21,434 nucleotides of DNA from an uncultured Calothrix sp. (GCA_964242965.1 CAXTCQ010000137.1:1-21434); one strand, 5' to 3'; positions 1-8,231 are shown, counted from the first letter of the stretch. Notes: generated by a model not told the origin, from the sequence alone. Numbers and translations: made by a program.

Positions 1-318
1 GGATAAGGTGTAACATAATATGCGTCGATTCGTTGTTATATGCGTAGGGGCACAGTATTGCTGTGCCCCTACAGGTGTCATTACTAGTTAACCGGACATA
101 ATGTCACGTCAGGATAAGGTGTAACATAATATGCGTCGATTCGCCGTTATATGCGTAGGGGCACAGCATTGCTGTGCCCCTACAGGTGTCATTACTAGTT
201 AACCGGACATAATGACAAGGTGTAACATAATATGCGTCGATTCGTTGTTATATGCGTAGGGGCACAGCATTGCTGTGCCCCTACTAATTAACCGGACATG
301 ATGTAACGTCAGGGCAAA
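1..318. repeat. Tandem array of three direct repeats of ~100-111 bp (about 1-111, 112-212, 213-318); array runs off the 5' window edge and ends just past the stop codon (327-329) of the HAD hydrolase gene; each unit carries a perfect hairpin GTAGGGGCACAG-N5-CTGTGCCCCTAC
   Basis: Read directly. The units are more than 90% identical and differ by a few substitutions. There is a ~10-nt indel between units 1 and 2, and unit 3 has a 16-nt deletion. Hairpin stems sit at 44-72, 155-183 and 256-284. Confidence 0.8.
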
Positions 319-326
319 TGATGGGT

Positions 327-1127
327 CTAGACGGTTGTTGTCAGTAAAGATTGAATCCTCGCTGGGGTCAAATCCTGGACATTACAAAATACAATATCCG
401 CACCTGCATCAATCAACATTTCTGCATATGCATTGCGTCGAAATGGAATTTTCTGGACGTGGGGAGGCAACACACCCACAGCAACCCACTTGCGCTGAGG
501 TTGGAGCGATCGCGCTTTCTCAATCGTATACATATCTGCTACCGTATCGCCTACGTAAAATACTGTTGACAAAGTATCCTTGCTTTGTGCAAATTTTTGA
601 ATCGTATTAAAAAGCCCCGTCGGGTCGGGTTTACCCGGTGCATCTTCCATCGCTATCAAAACAGGTGCTTGCAAACCCAACCTATCCTGCAAAACATATG
701 TCGCCGAAGTGCGAGTCGCACCGCTAAAAAATCCCCACAGTAACCCAGCTTCGGTAAGTGTTTCTAAGTATTGTGGTTGTAATAATAACGGCTCGTCGCA
801 GATATACCCAGTGAGATTGTTCGGGTCAGTACCGCGATAGCGCGATTGAAAAAATGCAACAATGGTGTCGTAATTGAATCGAAGATGCTCGCGTGGCTGT
901 CCTTGAGTTTCAAAATATCTGTAAATCAATTCCTGCGAAGCTTCCCAGTCGTTATTCCAAATGCCTTCAGATTTCAGTTTATCGATATCTACGGGTGTAG
1001 GATGATACGCTTGTGTAAAATGCTCGACAGTATCGGCTAATGCACGACGATAGGAACCCGATACATCGCGGATAACTCCATCGATATCAAAAACAACAAT
1101 TGCGGGTGTTAAAGATTGTTCGGTCAT
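327..1127 (-). CDS. HAD superfamily (subfamily IA-like) hydrolase / phosphatase
   Basis: 266-aa ORF with ATG start. N-terminal motif I 'VVFDIDGVIRD' (DxDG) and C-terminal motif IV 'VGDTVADM' are typical of haloacid-dehalogenase-like hydrolases. Confidence 0.85.
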   Translation of the reverse strand: MTEQSLTPAIVVFDIDGVIRDVSGSYRRALADTVEHFTQAYHPTPVDIDKLKSEGIWNNDWEASQELIYRYFETQGQPREHLRFNYDTIVAFFQSRYRGTDPNNLTGYICDEPLLLQPQYLETLTEAGLLWGFFSGATRTSATYVLQDRLGLQAPVLIAMEDAPGKPDPTGLFNTIQKFAQSKDTLSTVFYVGDTVADMYTIEKARSLQPQRKWVAVGVLPPHVQKIPFRRNAYAEMLIDAGADIVFCNVQDLTPARIQSLLTTTV

Positions 1128-1395
1128 GGAATGTGTGGCTGTGTGAGTGAATAAAATAATTGGGGCTTAATTGGCAGTTGTACGAAAATAACGCAATCTG
1201 GGTTGGAGACAAGAAAAAATGTACCCCGAATAACTTTACCTTTAACCTTTTACAGTTTGTTGTGGTTAATCCCGCATTATTAATTTATTCACGCGGCGAG
1301 AATTGAGTTAAAATAAGCGATTGCAACGCTACTTCGACACAAGTGGCTTCCGAATCGTAAGTTAAATAATGCCCGGATATATCCCGGAGGTGTGA

Positions 1396-1695
1396 TTGAC
1401 CAAGTTTATTCTGAAAATTCTCTGGTTAGACGAGAACGTCGCTTTGGCAGTCGATCAAGTCGTTGGTAAAGGTACCAGCCCTTTGACTAAATACTTTTTT
1501 TGGCCCAGGAATGATGCTTGGGAAGAACTAAAAAAAGAACTTGAGTCAAAACACTGGATTACTGATGTAGATAGAGTCGAATTACTCAACAAAGCTACAG
1601 AAGTCATCAACTACTGGCAAGAAGAAGGCAGAAATCGCCCTATGGGTGAAGCTCAAAACAAGTTCCCCGAAGTTACCTTCACAGGTAGCGCTTGA
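1396..1695 (+). CDS. ycf65: Plastid/cyanobacterial-specific 30S ribosomal protein 3 (PSRP-3, Ycf65)
   Basis: 99 aa. The sequence '[36 protein letters not shown]...[14 protein letters not shown]' matches the conserved Ycf65/PSRP-3 family as I remember it. TTG start codon with a GGAGG Shine-Dalgarno 5 nt upstream. Confidence 0.85.
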   Translation: MTKFILKILWLDENVALAVDQVVGKGTSPLTKYFFWPRNDAWEELKKELESKHWITDVDRVELLNKATEVINYWQEEGRNRPMGEAQNKFPEVTFTGSA

Positions 1696-1771
1696 TTTTC
1701 TGTTAGGTATTGCAACCGCGTAGCGTAGGCATCCTACCTGCGCGGATAATTGCATAGCTCTTAAGAAACAC

Positions 1772-1810
1772 AGGGGAAAGGGAAAAGGGGAAAGGGGAAA
1801 GGGAAAAGGA
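1772..1810. repeat. STRR-like heptamer tandem repeat (GGGGAAA / GGGAAAA)n
   Basis: Read directly: 'aggggaaagggaaaaggggaaaggggaaagggaaaagg' lies between the convergent ycf65 and kinase-WD40 3' ends. Confidence 0.6.
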
Positions 1811-1851
1811 ATAAACTTGTGTTTCTTCCATTCGTTGGGGGAGCGTTCGTT

Positions 1852-1866
1852 GCGCCCCTTGGGCGC
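1852..1866 (+). terminator. Candidate intrinsic terminator downstream of ycf65 (GCGCCC-ctt-GGGCGC followed by TTATATCTT)
   Basis: 6-bp GC stem with a 3-nt loop followed by a T-rich stretch. Weak and short. Confidence 0.25.
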
Positions 1867-2104
1867 TTATATCTTACACTTACCTAAGTGCGTAATATTT
1901 TTTATACTTATTGTACTTAAGCTTTGCTATACGTATAAATATTGACGCTCATGTTACGCAGTCACTAATTTGACATAGATGCCCGACAGGGATTGTAAAT
2001 CCCTGCCTAATAGCGAAAATCCATGTTTATTTGGATTGATAATCATAAGTATTGGTACAAGATATGATATCGGGAAGGACAATTAATTTTCTGGAATACT
2101 TTAA

Positions 2105-3856
2105 CTATTTTAGAGGGATTCCATCCCAAATCCTTCTCAAATCCCAAAGTTTAATGGTTTTATCCTTGCTGCTGCTGGCAATCAGTTGTGCAGCATCAGA
2201 AAAACCAACTGCAACATCAGTTAGCGAATCGTCATGACCGCTAAGTGTTGCGATTTCTTCAAAGTTGCTAACTTGCCAAAGCTTAATTGTTTTGTCTTTG
2301 CTGCCACTAATTAGTATTTCTCCCGTAGAATCAAAAGTTAACCCTGTCACCGACCATGAATGATTTACAAGCGTAGCTATTTCCTTACCCGTATCTACTT
2401 CCCATAATTTAATCGTGTTATCGTCGCTACCAGTAGCCAGGATTTTTCCATCCGGACTAAACGCAACTGCTAAAACTGCCCATGTATGACCGGCAAAGAT
2501 ACGACAAGGGTAGTTTTTTAATCCGGGATTCCACAAGCGAATTGTTTTGTCGAAGCTAGCACTTGCTAAAAAATTGCCGTCGGGACTGAATGCTAAAGCG
2601 CTAATCTGTAATTGATGACCTGTTAGCGTACATATCTCGGTTCTCGTCTCGACATTCCACAACTTCACGGTTTTATCCCAACTCCCGCTAGCGAGAATTC
2701 CATCAAGATTAAATACAATCGATTTGACTGCGCGTGTATGTCCAGTTAAAGTACCAATTTCTTGAAATGCTGCATCCCAAAGCTTAATGGTCTTATCGTC
2801 GCTTGCTGTGGCTAATATATTTCCGTCGGGACTAAAAGCGATCGCACTCACTGCTTGCGAATGTCCAGTTAAGGTATGTAAGACTTCTTTCCGGTTCAAA
2901 TCCCAGATGGTAATGGTTTTGTCGTTATTACCACTAGCGAGAATGTTACAGTTGGGGCTTATGTAATTTAATGCTAGAGCATTCGCAATTCCTCCTTTAA
3001 TTCCCGCACCTACCTTGAAGGTGTGCAAACAGTCTAACTCTTGATTTCGATTTTTGGGTTTTGTAGTTGAGTCGATTGACAAACCCATCGCTTGCATCAC
3101 CTCATCAACCGATTGAAAGCGATTATTAATATCTTTTTCCATTAGTTTGTCAAGAATATTACTCAGTATGCAGCTAACTTTGCTTTGTAAATAATCTCGC
3201 CAAACCCATTTAGTATTTGCTATATCAATTAAATAAAACGGAGAAATATGGGTAAGTAAGTAAATACAAGTTACTCCCAAGCTATAAAGGTCACTTGTAA
3301 ATATGGGTTTTCCTTGGGTTTGTTCCGGTGCGGAATATTCCGCATTGGCGATGGTAGTATTATTTGTTGTTGCGAGTTGAGATGCAGAAAAGTCAACCAA
3401 ATATAAATTACTTGCTTTTAAATTAAGATTTTGATGAATAAATATGAGATTTTCTGGTTTAATATCGCAGTGAATTAAATTTTGACTGTGGATAATCTTT
3501 AAAGTCGGTAAAATCGCTGTGAGAATTTGCCAAATTTGAACTTCGCTAAAAACTCCTTGTTGTTCGAGTTGAGTATTTAAATTCACACCCTCGATATATT
3601 CTTGTACGAAGTAAAAATAGTTTTCCGCGTGAAAGTATGCTTGCAACTTGGGAATTTGAGCGTAATTGCCTAATTTTTGCAGTATTTTGGCTTTTTGCTG
3701 TAAATCTTCAAGCTGTTGATGTTGCAATGATATTTGTTGAATAACGCAAGGTAACGGAGGAGAGTGACTTTCATCAACAGCCATAAAAGTTTGAGTAAAT
3801 CCCCCTTTGCCAATTTGTTTAAGTAAACGGTAATTTGGGTTTAATTGTCTCAGCAT
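2105..3856 (-). CDS. Ser/Thr protein kinase-like domain fused to a 7-bladed WD40 beta-propeller; catalytic motifs are degenerate (candidate pseudokinase)
   Basis: 583 aa. The N-terminal Hanks-type kinase fold has 'IGKGGFTQT', 'HCDIKPENL', 'DFSAS' and 'SAPE'. The C-terminus has seven WD repeats with 'GH...D' and 'TIKLWD/TVKLWN/TIRLWN' signatures. Confidence 0.85.
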   Translation of the reverse strand: MLRQLNPNYRLLKQIGKGGFTQTFMAVDESHSPPLPCVIQQISLQHQQLEDLQQKAKILQKLGNYAQIPKLQAYFHAENYFYFVQEYIEGVNLNTQLEQQGVFSEVQIWQILTAILPTLKIIHSQNLIHCDIKPENLIFIHQNLNLKASNLYLVDFSASQLATTNNTTIANAEYSAPEQTQGKPIFTSDLYSLGVTCIYLLTHISPFYLIDIANTKWVWRDYLQSKVSCILSNILDKLMEKDINNRFQSVDEVMQAMGLSIDSTTKPKNRNQELDCLHTFKVGAGIKGGIANALALNYISPNCNILASGNNDKTITIWDLNRKEVLHTLTGHSQAVSAIAFSPDGNILATASDDKTIKLWDAAFQEIGTLTGHTRAVKSIVFNLDGILASGSWDKTVKLWNVETRTEICTLTGHQLQISALAFSPDGNFLASASFDKTIRLWNPGLKNYPCRIFAGHTWAVLAVAFSPDGKILATGSDDNTIKLWEVDTGKEIATLVNHSWSVTGLTFDSTGEILISGSKDKTIKLWQVSNFEEIATLSGHDDSLTDVAVGFSDAAQLIASSSKDKTIKLWDLRRIWDGIPLK

Positions 3857-3875
3857 AATTGTTTTAAGGGCTATC

Positions 3876-3908
3876 AGATCCCCGACTTCTTTAAGAAGTC
3901 GGGGATCT
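3876..3908. promoter_or_regulatory. Perfect 16/16-bp inverted repeat AGATCCCCGACTTCTT-t-AAGAAGTCGGGGATCT ending 20 nt upstream of the kinase-WD40 start codon; candidate operator or 5'-UTR hairpin
   Basis: Read directly. The 33-mer equals its own reverse complement except at the centre base. No U-tract follows on the minus strand, so it is not a canonical terminator. Confidence 0.35.
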
Positions 3909-3945
3909 AACCCTCACGACTTGTCATAATTAATGAAATGAACCA

Positions 3946-4010
3946 CGAAGGACACAAAGAACACGAAGGAAGAAAGAAGGAAAAGAAAGAAAGAAAGAAA
4001 ATATTGAAGG
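3946..4010. repeat. Purine-rich (GAA/GAAA/GAAG)n low-complexity tract in the flotillin-kinase intergenic region
   Basis: Read directly: 'gaaggacacaaagaacacgaaggaagaaagaaggaaaagaaagaaagaaagaaaat'. It creates the spurious + ORF 3938-4186. Confidence 0.4.
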
Positions 4011-4101
4011 TTCACCCCTCGTATTTAATCTGGCAAACCAATACCATTAATTTGTTCAAAAATTCGATACTGCTTTTTAAAAAGCTAATACAAACTCAAT
4101 A

Positions 4102-6225
4102 TTACTTATCAGTTGGAAACTCAATACTCACGGGTATAGAACCATTGTGTTTTGCCTGCGGTACAGTAACTGGCATTCTCGGATAAATCGGTTGCGTTGT
4201 TTCACCCTGCTTGCTAGCAGATTGATTCCATAAAATCATCGACAGCAAACCATCAACCAACCCGTTGGTACTGCCATTGCCACCACCAACAAGAATATCA
4301 GGTATCAAACGGACATTACTAGAGCCAATAATTTGCATCATTTGCATCGCTGTATAACCATGTTCGCCTAAAGCTTGTACACCAGCTTGATATGTTTCTG
4401 CTTTCGCATTACCTGTAGCGCGGATACCTTCAGCTTCACCAATCGCTTTCAACTTGATTGCTTCTGCTTCACCCGTTGCTTGTTGGATTTGCGCGTTAGC
4501 TTGTAACTCGGCAATTGTTACACCTTGTTCGGACTTGACTAATTCTTGCTGAATATCAGCTATAGCTGTTTCCCTGACCAATTGCTGACGCTGGGTTTGT
4601 GCCATTTGCTGAACTTCGTAGGTCTTGCGTTGTTCCTCAGCAATTTTACGGTCTGTCAGCGTATGCATTAATTCGTCGGGCGGAATAATCAAACCAATCA
4701 ACGAATCTACCGCTTGAACATCGTAAGCACGCAATGCAGATTTCACATATTCGGAAGCTTCAACTTGGCGATCGCTTCGGGCAATCAAGAAGTCTAAAAT
4801 AGTATACTCTTGAGCCGAGTTGCGGAAATAGTTACCCACGATGGGACGCAAAACCTGATCGATGACGTTTTGCATCGAACCTAAGCGCGAAATTACTTTC
4901 GGTGCATCCGATGCACCAATATGGATGATTTGAAATACCTCTAAATCAAAGCTAAAACCGTCAAATGACAGCAGTTTCAGCGCCTGCAAATTCGTATCGT
5001 AGCCGTGCTGTCCGGTAATCCTATCGGTAAAGTTTAATACTATATTTGTTGTCGGTACTAACTCAACTTTCATCACCTTGGTATTGAGTGGATGTTTCCC
5101 AGGATACAACGGCTCTACCCAAACGCCCTTATGTCCTTGGTTGACCAAATTGCCGTGCGTGAAAGCTGCACCGCTAACATCTTCGTGTTCTTTACCCACG
5201 AAGGAAATTACTACACCTACATAACCGATGGGAATGTCGGTCATCGGTACTTGTTCGATATTTACTAACCAAGGATTAAGGTTCCACGAACCCGATAATA
5301 ACACCTGTTCTTGCAAACCCCGCTGTCCGCCAGCATCAATAAATTTCTGACCATTTTGGAAATTATCATGTCCGCCGATAGTACGTCCAGCGATTTCACC
5401 TGCGGCAATCGATGAACCATCTAAAGTAGTCACAATCCCAACTTTTTCTGCTGCGATTTGATGAACGTGCAACTGTTCGGGACGCATCCCGTGTTGGCTA
5501 GCATTATTCGCAGTAATCACTTTAAATAAAGCCGTATTAATGCGGTAAGTACCTGCGGTCAAGAAACCAACTTGCCGTCCTTTTTCTCCACCGTGCGTCA
5601 GAAACTTGCGTGCATCTTGATAATTATCGCAATCGACGATTTTACCCAAAATCCGTTCGGGTGGAATCGATGCACCATCTGCCGCAACAATCAGCGCAAT
5701 TTCAGCTTGGGGAATCACGATTACAGCCTCTTTTTTGACAGCAAACTGCCAAGGAGAGTAACCCCAATGCCATCCCGGTGCGAGAGTATCCGCTTGCAAA
5801 CCGGCTTCCCCATTCAGGGCAATTAATCTACCTGCGGGAAGTCCCTTACCTCTAATCGTAAATTTTTTGACAACTATGCCGACCTCGCGTTCCCCAATTA
5901 CTACTAACCCACCGAAGAACAGTGGCACAAATATCGCTAAACCACCAACTACAACGATGGGTACAATTGCCCAAGGTATAATTTCTGCTTGCTGCGTTGC
6001 TTTTAGTTGGGTTACTAGGGGTTTTGGTTGCGATACTTGAATTGAAGTTGCTGTAGTAAGTCGGCTGGTATTATTTATTTCAAGTTGACTTGCTTTGACA
6101 GATTCAATGCTACCTGCTATTGCTAAACTCGCTATAACTGACGTTGCAAAACGAAAAATCTTATTTACCTTGCGCTGACTCGAAGCAAGCTGTAAAGCTT
6201 CCATGATTTTTGCCACTCCCGGCAT
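4102..6225 (-). CDS. Flotillin-like SPFH/Band-7 domain membrane protein (YqiK/flotillin family), with a ~90-aa N-terminal extension before the TM helix
   Basis: 707 aa. It has a hydrophobic segment 'IIPWAIVPIVVVGGLAIFVPLFFGGLVVI' and an SPFH-like core. The C-terminus is Ala/Glu/Gln-rich coiled-coil ('EAEAIKLKAIGEAEGIRATGNAKAE') as in flotillins. An alternative ATG (MEALQ...) lies 7 codons in. Confidence 0.8.
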   Translation of the reverse strand: MPGVAKIMEALQLASSQRKVNKIFRFATSVIASLAIAGSIESVKASQLEINNTSRLTTATSIQVSQPKPLVTQLKATQQAEIIPWAIVPIVVVGGLAIFVPLFFGGLVVIGEREVGIVVKKFTIRGKGLPAGRLIALNGEAGLQADTLAPGWHWGYSPWQFAVKKEAVIVIPQAEIALIVAADGASIPPERILGKIVDCDNYQDARKFLTHGGEKGRQVGFLTAGTYRINTALFKVITANNASQHGMRPEQLHVHQIAAEKVGIVTTLDGSSIAAGEIAGRTIGGHDNFQNGQKFIDAGGQRGLQEQVLLSGSWNLNPWLVNIEQVPMTDIPIGYVGVVISFVGKEHEDVSGAAFTHGNLVNQGHKGVWVEPLYPGKHPLNTKVMKVELVPTTNIVLNFTDRITGQHGYDTNLQALKLLSFDGFSFDLEVFQIIHIGASDAPKVISRLGSMQNVIDQVLRPIVGNYFRNSAQEYTILDFLIARSDRQVEASEYVKSALRAYDVQAVDSLIGLIIPPDELMHTLTDRKIAEEQRKTYEVQQMAQTQRQQLVRETAIADIQQELVKSEQGVTIAELQANAQIQQATGEAEAIKLKAIGEAEGIRATGNAKAETYQAGVQALGEHGYTAMQMMQIIGSSNVRLIPDILVGGGNGSTNGLVDGLLSMILWNQSASKQGETTQPIYPRMPVTVPQAKHNGSIPVSIEFPTDK

Positions 6226-6315
6226 AATTGTCTAATGTGTAACTTCACTTTCTAATTGATGGATTTCGCAAAGTTACTGGAATTTATTGATTCTATATAT
6301 TTCTCGTCAGGAATA

Positions 6316-6349
6316 ACATCCTCGACTTTGCAGCAGTTGTCGGGGATCT
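6316..6349. promoter_or_regulatory. Degenerate copy of the 3876-3908 inverted repeat (ACATCCTCGAC-N12-GTCGGGGATCT) about 90-125 bp upstream of the flotillin start
   Basis: The right arm is an exact 11-mer match to GTCGGGGATCT at 3898-3908. The left arm matches the reverse complement at 9 of 11 positions. Confidence 0.25.
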
Positions 6350-6619
6350 GGTTTTTGCGGCACTACACAAATCCCATATTTCCCTAAAATACCTCTCTCA
6401 GTACTATTACTGAAGCGGGAGATGTAAATAAAGTGCAAAAATATCGATAACGGCTATGTAATACGATTTATCAATCACCAATAGTCAGCGGCAAAAATTA
6501 AAAGCTTTGTATAAGCGGCGACATATTTGGCGAGCAAATGCTCGAAGCTTGATTTTACTTTACTAGTCTTCCATGTATAAGCGATCGCGTAAATTTTACT
6601 GACTGGGGAATGCATCACT

Positions 6620-7198
6620 ATGAGCCAAATTTTTGGAGAATTTATTGAAAAGCCGTCTAGTAAAGAAAGGTTAACTTTAGAATTCTTACCTGATTCGATT
6701 TCAGTGAAAGATTTCTGGCGTAATAATGATTTATCTGCAAATTTTATTGCTGATTTTTTAACAACTTTCGTTGCTAAAAATGATAGTACTAAAGTAAATT
6801 TGCAGCGACAAGCGGAAATCAAAAGTGCTACGAGCTATATTGCTAACGAACTTTTGGAAAACGCCGTTAAGTATTGTCATATAGCTTCGCAATTACCGAT
6901 TACCATCAAGTTGTATTTAGAGCAAAATAAAATTAGATTTTTGATTACAAATAGTCTTAGTCACTTACGTGCTGCTAATTTACAAGGTGTAATCTATCAG
7001 TTATCAAATTCTAATCCGGCAGACTTCTATATCAATCAGTTAGAAAAGAATGCTGATGATGAATATAGTCTAAAATCGGGATTAGGATTTTTAAGCATGA
7101 TAAATGATTATTCAGCTAAACTTAGTTGGAAATTCGATACTATCCAAGAAAAGCCACAAGTCATGACCGTAACAACAATGGTCGAATTAACACTTTAA
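6620..7198 (+). CDS. Small GHKL-type ATPase / anti-sigma-factor-like serine protein kinase (SiaB / slr1658-like), paralog 1
   Basis: 192 aa. The N-box 'ANELLENAVKY' has the same E-x3-N-A-x2-H/Y spacing as SpoIIAB/RsbW. The G2-like box is 'KSGLGFLSM'. No canonical DxGxG G1 box is present. Confidence 0.65.
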   Translation: MSQIFGEFIEKPSSKERLTLEFLPDSISVKDFWRNNDLSANFIADFLTTFVAKNDSTKVNLQRQAEIKSATSYIANELLENAVKYCHIASQLPITIKLYLEQNKIRFLITNSLSHLRAANLQGVIYQLSNSNPADFYINQLEKNADDEYSLKSGLGFLSMINDYSAKLSWKFDTIQEKPQVMTVTTMVELTL

Positions 7199-7615
7199 GT
7201 AATAACAAACAAAAATAATCGAATTATAATTCGTCAGTTGTAATCGGTTATTTGTAAAATATTTGTTTGTGTTTATTTCTTATTTAGTGGTTAATTACTT
7301 AATAATTTTTAATAATTTGTTATGTATGTTATTTTAATGGTAATTCAATAGGGGTATGGCTATACCCCAACGACAGAAATAAATATACAAGTATAATTAC
7401 TGAAGCTGAATCTATTAATCAAGTGCAATATAGTGTATTAGATTGATGATTGAGTATTAACGATACGAATTATGAAAATGAATCTGGATTTCTACTATTT
7501 AGCGCATAGCAGGAAAACCTAATTAAATCAAAAAGATGTGTAATAAAAACATCAATGTAGCTTAATCCTTGAAACTCAGGATAATTTTATAAATTCTCGA
7601 CTGGAATACATTAAT

Positions 7616-8194
7616 ATGGCTCAAATATTTGGATACTACGTTGACAAACCACTTAGCCAAGACGAATTAAGCTTGAGATTTTCGCCGTCTTCGATACCAA
7701 TTAAAGACCGTTGGCGAAATAATGGTTTGTCGGCAGATTTTATGGCAGATTATCTGACTGCTTTTTTTCCAAAAGATGATAGTGACCCTAGTACGCTGCA
7801 AAGACAAGTAGAAATCAAAAGTGCAGCTAGCTATATTGCAAACGAGTTACTCGAAAACTCGATGAAGTATTGCGACTCTAGCGTTCGATATCCAATTAGC
7901 ATTCAGCTTCAACTCGATGCCGACCAAATTCGGTTTTTCGTTACTAATAGTATTGATAAATCATCGCTAGATAATTTCAAAAGTTTTATTGAAGAGTTAA
8001 TTGTCTCCGACCCAAGCGATATGTATTTTCAGCAGTTAGAGAAGAATGCTGAAAACGAAAACAGTACTAGTTCGGGATTGGGACTATTGAGTATGATTAA
8101 TGACTACTCAGCAATGCTTGGTTGGAAAATATACACTACTCAGGAAAAGCCAGAAGTAACTGCCGTTACTACAATGGTACAGCTAACAATCTAA
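7616..8194 (+). CDS. Small GHKL-type anti-sigma-factor-like serine protein kinase (SiaB / slr1658-like), paralog 2
   Basis: 192 aa and roughly 55% identical to the 6620-7198 product. Same N-box 'ANELLENSMKY' and G2 box 'SSGLGLLSM'. Confidence 0.65.
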   Translation: MAQIFGYYVDKPLSQDELSLRFSPSSIPIKDRWRNNGLSADFMADYLTAFFPKDDSDPSTLQRQVEIKSAASYIANELLENSMKYCDSSVRYPISIQLQLDADQIRFFVTNSIDKSSLDNFKSFIEELIVSDPSDMYFQQLEKNAENENSTSSGLGLLSMINDYSAMLGWKIYTTQEKPEVTAVTTMVQLTI

Positions 8195-8231
8195 AACCCA
8201 AATCAAAAACTCACTTCAAGTATTATCAATT

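Noticed and set aside
1-318. Considered whether the tandem repeats with a palindromic core could be a CRISPR array
   Set aside because: The whole ~100-bp unit repeats, leaving no unique spacers between short repeats. Unit length and near-identity of the inter-hairpin sequence do not fit CRISPR architecture, and no cas genes are present.
335-1040. Three + strand ORFs (335-610, 351-569, 846-1040) inside the HAD hydrolase gene
   Set aside because: They are antisense to a well-supported CDS, short, and lack motifs.
1980-2004. Small dyad CAGGGATT-gtaa-ATCCCTG about 100 bp past the kinase-WD40 stop as its terminator
   Set aside because: The 7-bp stem has no U-run on the minus strand. The G-rich STRR and GC dyad at 1772-1866 are the more plausible termination region for both convergent genes.
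3938-4186. 82-aa + strand ORF (MNHEGHKEHEGRKKEKKERKK...)
   Set aside because: It is generated by the purine-rich (GAA)n tract and then runs antisense into the flotillin 3' end. The low-complexity Lys/Glu run is an artefact of the repeat.
6475-6822. 115-aa minus-strand ORF overlapping the start of the first GHKL kinase gene
   Set aside because: It overlaps a well-supported + strand gene and its promoter region. The composition is low-complexity and AT-driven with no recognisable motif, so it is likely a chance ORF.
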